From Mobula hypostoma (taxonomy: Eukaryota): a DNA stretch of 64,000 nt. The number at the start of each line of letters is the position of its first letter. Position 1 is the stretch's first letter. The DNA lies in the NCBI RefSeq assembly GCF_963921235.1, contig NC_086097.1, positions 4,154,001 to 4,218,000 of the forward strand. The letters run 5' to 3'. Made by a program: the position numbers and the translations under genes. Positions 51,256-64,000 of this stretch are shown in pieces. The notes under the pieces are model-generated. The model did no database searches and was not told the DNA's origin. It saw only the letters and a list, made by a program, of their open reading frames with translations.

Positions 51256-53235
51256 AAACATAGAAACATAGAAAACCTACAGCACAATATAGGCCCTTTG
51301 GGCCACAAAGTTGTGCCATGCATGTTCCTACTTTAGAAATTACCAGTGTTACCCATAGCCCTTTATTTTTCTAAGCTCCATGTACCTATCCAAAAGTCTC
51401 TTAAAAGACCCTATCGTATCTGCCTCCACCTCCGTTGCCGGCAGCCCATTTCACATACTCACCACTCTGTGCGTAAAAAAGCTTACTCCTGACATCACCT
51501 CTATACCTACTCCCAAGCACCTTAAACCTGTGCCCTCTTGTGGCAGCCGTTTCAGCCCAGGGAAAAAGCCTCTGACTACCCACATGATCAATGCTTCTCA
51601 TCATCTTATGCTCCTCTGTCAGGTCAAATCTCATCCTTCATCGCTCCAAGGAGAAAAGGCCAACTTCACTCAACCTGTTTTCATAAGGCATGCTCCCCAA
51701 TCCAGGCAACATCCTTGTAAATCTCCTCTGCACCCTTTCTATGGTTTCCACATCCTTCCCGTAGTGAGGCGACCAGAACTGAGCACAGTACTCCAAGTGG
51801 GGTCTGACCAGAGTCCAATGTAGCTGCAACATTACCTCGCGGCTCCTAAATTCAATTCCATGATTGATGAAGGCCAATACACCGTATGCCTCCTTAACCA
51901 CAGGGTCAACCTGCGCAGCTGCTTTAAGTGTCCAATGGACTCAGACCCCAAGATCCCTCTGATCCTTCACATTGCCAAGAGTCTTACCATTAATACTATA
52001 TTCTGCCATCATATTTGAACTACCAAAATGAATCATTTCACACTTATCTGGGTTGAACTCTATCTGCCACTTCTCAGCCCAGTTTTGCATCCTATCAATG
52101 TTCCGCTGCAACCTCTGACAGCCCTCTACATTATCCACAACACCTCCAACCTTTGTGTCATCAGCAAACTTACTGACCCATCCCTCCACTTCCTCATCCA
52201 GGTCATTTATAAAAATCACAAAGAGTAAGGGTCCGAGAACAGATCCCTGAGGCACACCACTGGTCACTGACCTCCATGCAAAATATGACCCGTCTACAAC
52301 CACTCTTTGCCTTCTGTGGGCAAGCCAGTTCTGGATCCACAGAGCAATGTCCCCTTGGATCTCATACTTCCTTACTTTTTCAATAAGCCTTGCATGGGGT
52401 ACCTTATCAAAAGCCTTGCTGAAATCCATATGCACTACATCTACCGCTCTTCCTTCATCAATGTGTTTAGTCACATCCTCAAAAAATTCAATCAGTCTTG
52501 TAAGGCATGACCTGCCCTTGACAAAGCCATGCTGACTATTCCTAATCATATTATACCTCTCCAAATGTTCATAAATCCTGCCTCTCAGGATCTTCTCCAT
52601 CAATTTACCAACCACTGAAGTAAGACTCACTGGTCTATAATTTCCTGAGCTATCTCTACTCCCTTTCTTGAATGAGGGAACAACATCTGCAATCCCCCAA
52701 TCCTCTGAAACCTCTCCCATCCCCATTGATGGTGCAAAGATCATCACCAGAGGCTCAGCAATCTCCTCCCTCACTTCCCACAGTAGCCTGGAGTACATCT
52801 CATCCGGTCCCGGTGACTTATCCAACTTAATGCTTTCCAAAAGCTCCAGCACGTCCTCTTTCTTAATATCTATATGCTGAAGCTTTTCAGTCCACTGCAA
52901 GTCATCACTACAATCACCAAGATCCTTTTCCATAGTGAATACTGAAGTATTCATTAAGTACCTCTGCTATTTCTTCCGGTTCCGTACACACTTTCCCACT
53001 GTCACACTTGATAGGTCCTATTCTTTCACGTATTATCCTCTTGCTCTTCACATACTTGTAGAATGCCTTGGGGTTTTCCTTAAACCTGCCTGCCGAGGCG
53101 ATCTCATGGCCCCTTCTGTCTCTCCTAATTTCCTTCTTAAGCTCCCTCCTTTTAGCCTTATAATCTTCTAGATCTCTAACATTACCTAGCTCTCTGAACC
53201 TTTCGTAAGCTTTTCTTTTCTTTTTGACTAGATTT
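51256..53235 (-). mobile_element. CR1 RT/3' fragment
   Basis: ORF 51941-52954 with FADD; (CATAGAAA)n tail. Confidence 0.9.
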
Positions 53236-54270
53236 ACTGATTCCTTATTTGATTACAAAATACTGCAGTTCATGTGTATTTTATTTAAAAAGTATTCATA
53301 TGGATAATTTGAGTCTACCAATACTATGTACTATCCCATTGTGCATTTTATGTACTTTAAAATTACTAATATACATAATAAACCGGATTTTGAAAATCTA
53401 AGCTTCCCAAGGTAACTATTCAAGGTAAGTAACTGCAGAATAAGAATACTGACTTCTTCAGAAAATGCATAATTAAACACTATATCTTATAATGAATAAG
53501 TTATTCTACTTTTTATATTGCAAAGGCCAAATTTTAACTGCAAATGTTCATTCACTTTGTTCTTAGCAAGTCATAATGACTTGACCCAACCTTTTAAATG
53601 TGACTTGGTCAAAGTAATGAAAGATTGTAAATGCCTTATTTTGTGAACAGAGGAACTATTTCATAATTAGGAAAGTGAGTAATTATCAAGGGAGTTGGTA
53701 CGTACTGTACATATTCTTGTTTATAATACTGATTTTCAGATTTTTATTTGAAAGCAATGTACTTTCATGGTTTATTCTTGCCTTGAAGTTTGAGAATTGT
53801 TCTTAATCAATTGTTAGCACACTTTTGTTTAATTTGTGTCATCTGTTCATTAGAACTTTCATCACTACAAAAATAGCATTCAGGATCTTGTTTGATTTTC
53901 CAGTTGGATGCAAGCTTCAATCTAAGTGATTCATGTAATAAAGAAGTATATCCAAAATGATTGAATGTCTTTTATTATATTGTTTGAAAGTACATCTCAC
54001 TACTGTATGAAGTTAGAAGTGAACATAGAACAGTATAGCACAGGAACAGGCCCTTAAGTCCACAATATTATAGCCAACTAAACTAATCTCTTCTCCCAAC
54101 CAATGTCCATATCCTTCCAGTTTTCTCACATTCAAGTGTCTTTCTAAATATCTCTTGTAAGTCTCTAATGTGTCTGCCTTCACCACCACCCCAGGCAATG
54201 CATTCCAGCCACGCATTAGTCTGTATGAAAGAAAACTTGCCCTTTACATATCTTTGAAATTACCCTCTCA

Positions 54271-54676
54271 AAGGGTCGAAGCGCTCGGCGGGGCTGGTTG
54301 GAGGCTCGAAGTTTTCGGACGAACTCAGAGTCGGCTGCGTTCAGGTGCTTCCAATGCATCGGCAAGTTGCCAGCGCTTGGAGGTTCATGGCAGGGAGAGT
54401 TTCTACCTTCTGCCGCCTGCGTTAGATGCGTTAGATCAGGACTTTGAGACTTTTTTTAAATTGTGCCCATGGTCTGCTCGTTATCAAATTATGGTATTGC
54501 TTTGCACTGTTGTAACTATATGTTATAATTATGTGGTTTTGTCAGTTTTAGTCTTGGTTTGTCCTGTTTTTTTTTGTGATATCATTTTGGATGAACATTG
54601 TATCATTTTCTAATGCATGCATTTCTAAATGACAATAAACGTGGACTGAGTGTCCTCATAATCTAATCTAATCTAA
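54271..54676 (+). mobile_element. Unclassified non-coding retroposon with (AATCT)n tail
   Basis: TCTCA duplicated at 54266-54270 and 54677-54681; AATAAA before the tail. Confidence 0.65.
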
Positions 54677-54766
54677 TCTCACTTTAAGTATGTACCCTCT
54701 GGTATTTCAACCCTGAAAGAGATACTATCTGTCTACTCTATCTATGCCTCTCATCATCTTATAAAC

Positions 54767-56108
54767 ACCATCGTTCCTGTGCCTAAAAAGGCCAAGGTAA
54801 CATGTCTGAATGACTGGTGTCCTGTCGCACTCACCTCAATAATAAGCAAATGCTTTGAGAGGCCGGAAAAGGACTACATCTGCAGCACGCTGCCACCCAC
54901 ACAGGACCCCCTACAATTCGCCTACTGATCAACAGATGACACAGTAGCCACAGCTCTACACACCATCCTTACACATTTGAAGAAGAAGGATGCTTATGTC
55001 AGAATGCTGTTCTTGGACTACAGTTCAGCATTCAACACCATAATTCCCTCCAAGCTTGACAAGAAGCTCAGAGACCTCAGCTTTCACCCTGCCTTGTGCA
55101 GCTGGATCCTGGACTTCCTGTCAGATCACCAGCAGGTGGTAAGAGTGGGCTCCTTCACCTCTGCTCCTCTGACCCTCAACACAGGAGCCCCTCAGGGCTG
55201 TGTCCTAAGCCCCGTCCTTTACTCTCTGTGTACCCATGACTGTGTCCCACCTATAGCTCCAACCTGCTAATTAGATTTGCTGATGATACTACATTGATTG
55301 GACTTATCTCAAATAATAACGAGGCAGCCTACAGAGAGGAAGTCATCATCCTGACACAGTGGTGTCAAGAGAACAACCTCTCCCTCAATGTTGCAAAAAC
55401 AAAAGAGCTGGTTGTGGACTACAGCAGGAATGGAGACAGGCTAACCCCTATTGACATCAATGGATCTGGAGTTGAGAGGGTGAACAGCTTTAAGTTGCTC
55501 GGCATAAGCGTCACCGAGGATCTCACGTAGTCTGTACACATTGGCTGTGTGGTGATAAAAGCACAACAATGTCTCTTTCACCTCAGACGGTTGAAGAAGT
55601 TTGGCATGAATCCCCAGATCCTAAGGACTTTCTACAGGGGCATAATTGAGAGCATCCTGACTGGCTGCATCACTGCCTGGTATGGGAACTGTACTTCCCT
55701 CAATCGCAGGACTCTGCAGAGAGTGGTGTGGAAAGCGCAGCACATCAGTAGATGTGAACTTCCCACTATTCAGGACATTTACAGAGACAGGTGTGTCAAA
55801 AGAGCCTGAAGGATCATTGGGGATCAGAGTCATCCCAACCACAAACTGTCTTAGCTGCTCCCATCTGCAAAATGATACCGCAGCTTTAAAGCCAGGACCA
55901 ACAGATTCCAGGGCAGCTTCTTCCACCAGGCCATCAGACTGATTAATTCATGCTGATACAATTGTATTTCTATGCTATATTGACTGTCCTGTTGTACATA
56001 CTATTTATTACAAATTACTATGAATTGCACATTGCACATTTAGACGGAGATGTAAATATTTTTACTCCTTATATATGTTAAGGATGTAAGAAATAAAGTC
56101 AATTCTAT
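54767..56108 (+). mobile_element. Rex1/Babar-like LINE RT/3' fragment
   Basis: [28 protein letters not shown]. Confidence 0.88.
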
Positions 56109-57289
56109 TTGTATCAGTTCTCTCCATAGCTTCTGCCGCTCCAGAGAAAACAACCCAAGTTTGTCCAACCTCTCATTATAGCAGACACCCTCTAATCTAG
56201 GCAGCATCCTGGTAAACCTCTTCTGCGCCCTCTCTAAAGCCTCAGCATCCTTGCTATAAGGGATGACCAGAACTGTATGCAATACTCCAGATGTGGCCTA
56301 ACTAAAGTTTTATAAATCTGTGACATAACCTGCTGACTTTTGAACTCAATACCTTGACAAATTAAGGCAAGCATGCCATATGCTTTTTTAACCACCCTGC
56401 CAATCCGTATAGCCACTCTCAAGGAGCTATGAACTTGGACTTCAAGATTCCTCTGCTGATCAACACTGTTATAGGTCTTTCACTCAACAGTATACTGCCT
56501 CTTTGCATTTAACTTACCAATTTGCAACATTTCACATTTGCCCAGGAGAAACTCCATCTGCCATTTCTCCATCCATTTCTATAACCCAATGTATTCTTTG
56601 CCAGTTATCTGTGCTATCCACAACATAACCAATCTTCATATTATATGCAAACTTTCTCACCCACCCATCTACATTTTCATCCGGGTAGTTTACGTATATG
56701 TGATTATGAGAGGTGCACTGTAGACTGTAGGATTTCATACCCCACTTCAGAGGTAGATAAAACTAGAGCGCATAAGTGCAGGGTAAATATGAAGAAACTT
56801 AGATGGAATATTAGGAATACCTTCCTCATCCAGAGAGTGGCAAGACCCTGGAACCTGAGAGTGTGGTTGAAGCTTGGTCACATGAAGCTTAATATTTTTA
56901 CCTCTTTCATTTTAGCACATATTATCTCACAAGTTAGTAAAACCTTACCCGTGATCAATTCAAAAATCTCATACATAATGAATCAACCCTTTCATTGATT
57001 GAAGGTATCCAACTTTTTCCATAATTAAAATGATCCCTATTGATTTAGGATTCAGTTTTCATTGAGGAAATACATCTTCAGACAATGACATTAACGTATC
57101 TTTCACAATCCATCAGCAAACAAATTAGGAAAATTATTTTCCTTCGTGCTATTGGGTGGTCTTCAATTTTTTTAACCTTCAATGAGAAATTTGTGCTTTT
57201 GGGTCTTGAAACCTCTGCAAATTCCTAAGAATGAAACTTTTTCTCCATTAGAACTAGACTTTTTTTAAGCTCTTCTTCAAAAGTCAAGT

Positions 57290-57825
57290 CATGTATGGAC
57301 TGCAGGAATTGGAATGTTATGTTGACATTGCATAAGATGTTGATGAGGCCTAATTCGGAATATTGTGGACAGCTTTGGTTACTTACCTACAGGAATGATG
57401 TAAATAGTATTGAAAGAGTACAGAGAACAATTATAAGGATGTTGCCACAAGTTAAGGAACTGAGTTATAGGAAAAGGTTGAATAGATTACAACTTCATTT
57501 CCTGGAATGAGAGGAGATTTAGGAGAGCTGTTCAAAAATATGAGGGGTATAGATAAATTCAGCTAGGCTTGGGTGAGAGTAGAACTAGAGGTCATGGGTT
57601 AAGGGTGAAAGGTGAAAAGTTTAAGGGGAGCATGAATGGGAGCTTCTTCACTCTGAGGGTGGTGAGAGTGTGGAACAAACTGCCAGTGCAAATCGTGGGT
57701 GCAGGCTTGATTTCAACATCAAAGAGAAATTTGGATAGGAACATGTATGAGAGGGGTATGGAGGGCTATGGTCCGAGTGCAGGTTGATGGGACTAGGCAG
57801 ATTAACTATGACTCTGTGACTCTAT
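57290..57825 (+). mobile_element. Degraded CR1 3' fragment
   Basis: ERVQRTIIRMLP, SRTRGHGLRVKG. Confidence 0.8.
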
Positions 57826-58334
57826 GTCCTTCATTCTGTGTTGTTTGTCCATCATTTCCAATAATGATGTTTGCCTGTGCAACTGCTGCACGGAGAAAAA
57901 CCTGTGCAGGATGAGTTTTAGAGTGAAAAACCCGGTTGCACTGGGGCAGTTCCACTCTCTCGCCTCAAAAATCTCGGTCCAATGTTATGAAAATTGTCAC
58001 ATCTGGAGACTTCCTCAGCTGTAATGGATAACCATAGCATCTTCTCTGCCTTATCATGCCCTTCGTTCTCCATGAAGCATTGCAGCACTGCCTTCTTGGC
58101 CGTTGGATCTTGTAGTTGGTTTCATCGGTCCAGTCCACCAGAACGGTTTTCGCCTGCTGGGGTAGGCATATCCCTTTCTCACTGGCATTGGAGGTTCCCA
58201 GCTACCCTCACCTGGTTTAGCCCACCTGTCAAAATGGTGCACCAGGGTGTGGCCACTGTCACGTGCGAACAGTTACTTGGAGCCACTAGAATAATAGTTA
58301 AATGATTCTTCCTCTTGGGAGCTTCTTCAAAATC

Positions 58335-59110
58335 ATGATTCAAGATTGTTTAATGCCATTTCCAGTACTCAAGTGTAAATGAGAACAATATAATTGTTGC
58401 TGTGGATCTGGTTCAGCACAAAAAACAGAATAATAAAAAAAACAATAAATATAAATACATAAGCTAGCCTATATACATAGATTAATTGTATGTCCATCAA
58501 AAGTGACACTAGGCACAGGAGTGTCTGTACCTAACGTGACTCTGATGTGACCAGCTGTGTGGCAAAAGGCACAACAGCGCCTCTTTCACCTCAGACAGTT
58601 GAAGAGGTTTGGTGTGGGCCCCCAAATTCTAAGAAATTTCTATAGGGGCACAATTGAGAGCATCCTGACTGGCTGCATCACTGCCTAGTATGGGAACTGT
58701 TCCTTCCATCGCAATATTCTGCAGAGTGTGGTGTGGACAGCCCAGTGCATCTGTAGATGTGAACTTCCCACTATTCGGGACTTTTACAAAGATAGGTGGG
58801 TAAAAAAGGCCTGAAGGATCATTGGGGACCTGAGCCACCCCAAACACAAACTGTTCCAGCTGCCACCATCCGAGAAACAGTACCACAGCATAAAAACCAG
58901 GAGCAACAGGCTCCGGGACAGCTTCTTCCACCAGGCCATCAGACTGATTAATTCATGCTGACGCAACTGTATTTCTATGTTTTATTAATGATCCTGTTGT
59001 ACATAATATTTATTATAAATTACTATAAATTGCACATTGCACATTTGAACGGAGACGTAATGTAAACATTTTTACTCTTTATGTGCATGAAGGATGTAAG
59101 TCAATTCAAT
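58335..59110. mobile_element. Rex-type fragments: minus-strand tail (58335-58545) and plus-strand 3' fragment (58546-59110)
   Basis: Similar to 17391-17620 and 55540-56105 respectively. Confidence 0.78.
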
Positions 59111-59249
59111 CCAAAATGATAAAGTAGTGGTTGTGGGCGTGTGGTCCACCACAGATGCTTCAGCTCTTGAGAGCAGCAAAAGTGAAGAGGGAGTTAACCT
59201 TCAGAGGAACTAAAGGTCATTTACCTTCAGTGATGGTTGAAACAATCAT

Positions 59250-59945
59250 AAGCATAAGTGATTCTGCAAATGCTGGAAATCCAGAGCAACATACACGCAT
59301 TGCTGGAGGAACTCAGCAGGTCAGGCAGTGTCTATGGAAATGAATAAATATTCAACATTTTGGGTTGAGGCCCTTCATCAGGTGGAAAGGAAGGAGGAAG
59401 ACAACAGAATAAAAAAGGTGTGGGGAGGGGAAGGGTGATAGCTATAAAGTGATAGATGAAGCCATGTGGGTGAGAAAGGTCAAGAACTGGAAAGGAAGAA
59501 ATCTGATGGGAGAGAAGGGTGGGCCATAGGGGAAAAGAGGTAACAGGCAGAAATTGGGAATAGAAGAGGGTAGTGGGAGGGAATTTTTTTTAACTGGAAG
59601 GAGAAGTCGATATTCATGTCAACGGGTTGGAGGCTATCCACATGTTGCTTCTGCACCCTGAAGTGGTGGCCTCATTGCGGCACAAGATGAGGCCGCGGAC
59701 TGACATGTCAGAACAGGAATGGGAATCAGAATTAAAATGTTTGCCCACCGGGAAGTTCTGCGTTCGGCAGATGGAGTGAAGCTGCTTGACAAAGTGTTCA
59801 AAGTTCAAAGTGGTCCCCCAACTTGTGACGAGTCTCACCAATATGTGGAAGACGCTGCACCAGGAGCACTGGATACAATAGAGGACCCCAGCAGATTCGC
59901 AGGTGAAGTGTTGCCTCAGCTGGAAGGACTATTTGGGGCCCTGAA
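59250..59945 (-). mobile_element. Penelope 3' remnant (GIY-YIG, terminal repeat with hammerhead-like motif)
   Basis: HIGETRHKLGDHF; minus strand CTGATGAagggcctcaacccAAAA. Confidence 0.75.
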
Positions 59946-60407
59946 TAAAACAAATTATTTTGTTCTCCTTTACACCTGTGTACTGGAAATGACATTAAAA
60001 AACCTTAATACTTAGCTATCAAATGCTATTGTGCTTCAGAGGTAAGAAACACCACATTGTTTTGCTGAATCACTTTGAAGTATTGTGTTGTCAGATATGC
60101 TAATTTATTTGCAACAATTCTTCAACAGGTGCCCGACAACTATAATAGTAGTTGACTTAGTAACCTTTGCAAATGGAATGTCTACAAACTTTAAGCATTT
60201 AGGAGTAAACAAGGTCATACAAATCTCATTGACCAAAGATTGTGTGGGTTCTGAGAATGCTGAAGACTCACTTCCATGAGCAAAGCTTGTTAAAGATGTC
60301 AACATAAACTGATATTTATGATAGATAGGTGCTTGAAGGTATTTGTGTAAACCTTTCCTGATAAGCCTCTTTGAAAAGGCATGAAATATGGAAATGAGTA
60401 ATATGAA

Positions 60408-62143
60408 CACAGAACATAGAATAGTACAGCACAGTACAGGCCCTTCGGCCCACTATGTTGTGCCGACCTTCAAACCCTGCCTTCCATATAAGCCCCCACC
60501 TTAGATTCCTCCATATACCTGTCTAGTAGTCTCTTAAACTTCACTAGTGTATCTGCCTCCACCACTGACTCAGGCAGTGCATTCCACGCACCAGCCACTC
60601 TCTGAGTAAAAAACCTTCCTCTAATATTCCCCTTGAACTTCCCACCCCTTACCTTAAAGCCATGTCCTCTCATATTGAGCAGTGGTGCCCTGGGGAAGAG
60701 GCTCTGGCTATCCACTCTACCTATTCCTCTTATTATCTTGTACACCTTTATCATGTCTCCTCTCATCCTCCTTCTCCCAAAGAATAAAGCCCTAGCTCCC
60801 TTAATCTCTGATCATAATCCATACTTTCTAAACCAGGCAGCATCCTGGTAAATCTCCTCTGTACCCTTTCCAGTGCTTCCACATCCTTCCTATAGTGAGG
60901 TGACCAGAACTGGACACAGTACTCCAAGTGTGGCCTAACCAGAGTTTTATAGAGCTGCATCATTACATCGCGACTCTTAAACTCTATCCCTCGACTTATG
61001 AAAGCTAACACCCCATAAGCTTTCTTAACTACCCTATCCACCTGTGAGGCAACTTTCAGGGATCTGTGGACATGTACCCCAAGATCCCTCTGCTCCTCCA
61101 CACTACCAAGTATCCTACCATTTACTTTGTACTCTGCCTTGGAGTTTGTCCTTCCAAAGCGTACCACCTCACACTTCTCTGGGTTGAACTCCATCTGCCA
61201 CTTCTCAGCCCACTTCTGTATCCTATCAATGTCTCCCTGCAATCTTTGACAATCCTCTACACTATCTACAACACCACCAACCTTTGTGTCGTCTGCAAAC
61301 TTGCCAACCCACCCTTCTACCCCCACAGCCAGGTCGTTAATAAAAATCACGAAAAGTAGAGGTTCCAGAACAGATCCTTGTGGGACACCACTAGTCACAA
61401 TCCTCCAATCTGAATGTACTCCCTCCACCACCACCCTCTGCCTTCTGCAGGCAAGCCAATGCTGAATCCACCTGGCCAAACTTCCCTGGATCCCATGCCT
61501 TCTAACTTTCTGAATAAGCCTACCGTGTGGAACCTTGTCAAATGCCTTACTAAAATCCATATAGATCACATCCACTACACTACCCTCATCTATATGCCTG
61601 GTCACCTCCTCAAAGAACTCTATCAGGCTTGTTAGACACAATCAGCCCTTCACAAAGCCATGCTGACTGTCCCTGATCAGACCATGATTCTCTAAATGCC
61701 TATAGATCCTATCTCTAAGAATCTTTTCCAACAGCTTTCCCACCACAGACGTAAGACTCACTGGTCTATGATTACCCGGACTATCCCTACTACCTTTTTT
61801 GAACAAGGGAACAACATTCGCCTCCCTCCAATCCTCCGGTACCATTCCCGTGGACAACGAGGACATAAAGATCCTAGCCAGAGGCTCAGCAATCTCTTCC
61901 CTCGCCTCATGGAGCAGCCTGGGGAATATTCCATCAGGCCCCGGGGACTTATCTGTCCTAATGTATTTTAACAACTCCAACACCTCCTCTCCCTTAATAT
62001 CAACATGCTCCAGAACATCAACCTCACTCATATTGTCCTCACCATCATCAAGTTCCCTCTCATTGGTGAATACCGAAGAGAAGTATTCATTGAGGACCTC
62101 GCTCACTTCCACAGCCTCCAGGCACATCTTCCCACCTTTATCT
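60408..62143 (-). mobile_element. Young CR1 copy, near-identical to 44015-45745
   Basis: Translations almost identical (ORFs 60763-61641 and 61642-62208 vs 44497-45681 and 43871-44458). Confidence 0.92.
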
Positions 62144-62144
62144 A

Positions 62145-63030
62145 TATAGAACATAGAACAGTACAGCACAGGAAGAGGCCTTTCAGCCTGCAATGTTGTG
62201 CCGAACAAATTAAATTAGTAATCAAATAGCCAACTGAACTACTGTAATCTCGTCTATCTACACAATGTCCATGTCCCTCCATTTTCCTCACATTCATGTG
62301 CCTATTGAAGCAATTCTTAAAAATCCCTAATGTATCTAATGTCCCTGATGTAATGTGTGGGGTGGCACGGTGGCAGTAGTCACCATATCGCTTTACAGTA
62401 CCAGCAGTTCCCAATGGTGCCTATAAGAAGTTTGCACATTCTCACAGCAGCTGTATGGGTTTCCTCTAGGTACTCCAATTTCCTCCCACAGTCCAAAGAT
62501 GTACTGGTTGGCAAGTTAAATTGTCATTGTAAATTGTCCTGTGATTAAGCTATGGTTAAATTGGAGGACTGCTGGGCAGTGTGGTTCAAAGAGCTGGAAG
62601 GACCAGTTCCGCTGTATCTCAATAAATAAATACAATAAGTACCTCTGTTACCACCCTAGGTAGTGCATTCCAGGCATCGACCGCTTTTTGAGTAAAAAAA
62701 CGTCCTAACATTTCTTTTAAAATCACTCCCCTCTCATATTAAATGCATCCCCTCTGGTATTAGACATTTCTACCATGGGGGGAAAAGATACTGTCTGTCT
62801 ACTCTGTCTATGCCTCTCATAATCTAATAAACCTCTATCAGATCTCCCCTCAGCCTCCACTGCTCCAGAGTAAACAATCCAACCTCTTGTTAAAATACAT
62901 ACCCTTAAATCCAGGCAGCATCCTGGTAAACCTCGTCTGCACCCTCTCCAAAACCTTGACATCCTATAATGAGGCAACCAGAACTATATACAATACTCTT
63001 GATGCAGCCTAACTAGAGCTTTATAAAGGT
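62145..63030 (-). mobile_element. Older CR1 3' fragment containing a V-SINE-like insertion (62357-62634, + strand)
   Basis: CR1 tail and ORF2 end; V-domain TGGGTTTCCTCTAGGTACTCCAATTTCCTCCCACAGTCCAAAGA. Confidence 0.78.
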
Positions 63031-63649
63031 GACGATCAATATCGTCTACTTCTGACCTCTTTCTGTACCAACCTGTCAAACCTTCATTGTATGATTATAC
63101 CTGGAAAAGTGGTAAATGGAGTCTACTATAAGTACCATAGCAGCTATTACTTTTCAAGATTTTACCACAGTAGTTTGCATTTATTTCACGATACTAATAT
63201 AGTAAAAAGCTCACAGAAGATTTCTGAGAGTAGAAATCAAAATTGTATGAAAGTTCAGCAAGCTGTACAGTGATACTTGACCACAAAATCATCGAACAGA
63301 GAAGACTTTTTCCTACTTTGATAGCAAATCTCTTGGCTTACATGATGGTCTCACCAGAATTGCAATCTGTAGTCTCCTCTTCTGATTTACTTGTCTGGTA
63401 AAAATTTGGAGGCCTGTCTCACTTCCCCAGAATTGTTCTGAACTCCCACAGTATGCCCAACTAATAGCAGATCCTTTAGCTTTCTACTGAGGAAGCCCTG
63501 CTCCTAATACTCCCCAAACAGATTTGACATGTGGTAAATCCTCCATCCCTAATTTTGCCAACAGTTAAATTTGCAACATCGAACTGCCTCAGGGATTCCA
63601 GCTCTGGATTCATCCTGGACTTCCTTTTCTCCTGAAGCCTTCCCTATGA

Positions 63650-63840
63650 ATGCATATAACCCCAAGGTAGCAGAGGTTTGAGATCAGAGTTTTCCTTCTC
63701 TTAGATGAGCTGCCAACCACAGCCGATGAGCCTCTTCTGCCTGAAGCAACTGGTTTTAAGGTGCCTTTGCCCCTTTCCTGTCAGTAGAAATGGTTCCGCT
63801 GGACATAGTAGCTAAACTATATGTGAAGGCAGCTAGGACG
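63650..63840 (-). mobile_element. Probable RTE 5'-UTR-derived fragment
   Basis: Minus strand GGCAGCTCATCTAAGAGAAGGAAAACTCTGATCTCAAACC resembles a motif I recall from RTE 5' UTRs. Confidence 0.45.
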
Positions 63841-64000
63841 CAATATCCATAGTCGACATTGACCAACAGAGAGCCTCCTCCTCTAAACTTAGAAAGGTTA
63901 TTTGGTAGGTTTTGAATGTATCTGAAATAATTGTAATTTAAGTCCTTACATTCTTAAGGTGAACTGTGTATTTGAAAAATAATTTAATTCGGCAGTTCCC

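Larger units (their letters stand above)
54015..56700 (-). mobile_element. Old CR1 3' fragment split by two insertions
   Basis: Colinear pieces at ~54015-54270, 54677-54766 and 56110-56700. Confidence 0.7.

Noticed and set aside
57165..57230. FLTFNEKFVLLGLE resembles the later PPP4R4 segment FLEFYKKLCTLGLQ
   Set aside because: No suitable acceptor in phase, an in-frame stop follows, and the intervening expected exon was not found; likely chance
60085..60410. ORFs on both strands in unique sequence as a possible next exon or nested gene
   Set aside because: No match to the expected PPP4R4 continuation and no recognisable domain or splice pattern

Overview
Vertebrate genomic DNA. The repeat repertoire (CR1, Rex/Babar, Penelope, Tc1, V-SINE) suggests a cartilaginous fish, probably a ray; this is inference. 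The window is almost entirely intronic sequence of one + strand gene, PPP4R4 (protein phosphatase 4 regulatory subunit 4). Five phase-consistent coding exons can be read, at 25966-26113, 27049-27122, 33338-33444, 38517-38624 and 50925-51046. The introns are filled with nested transposons: many CR1 LINEs, a full-length L1-clade LINE with a single nonsense codon, RTE, Rex/Babar, a Gypsy remnant with LTR and PBS, Penelope elements, Tc1 transposons, MITEs and SINEs. Four observations stand out. (1) Two different CR1 subfamilies both end ORF1 on a U_UUA_AAC heptamer whose -1 frame opens an AUG-less ORF2, a candidate programmed -1 ribosomal frameshift. (2) A Penelope element and three tiny (93-232 bp) derivatives carry a hammerhead ribozyme motif and 14-15 bp target-site duplications (TSDs); one derivative is a double-hammerhead palindrome. 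(3) There is a 1.5-kb foldback Tc1 derivative and a composite MITE present in two copies. (4) A near-identical inverted CR1 pair flanks one exon. Boundaries of degraded repeats are approximate. No searches were run, so novelty is unverified.
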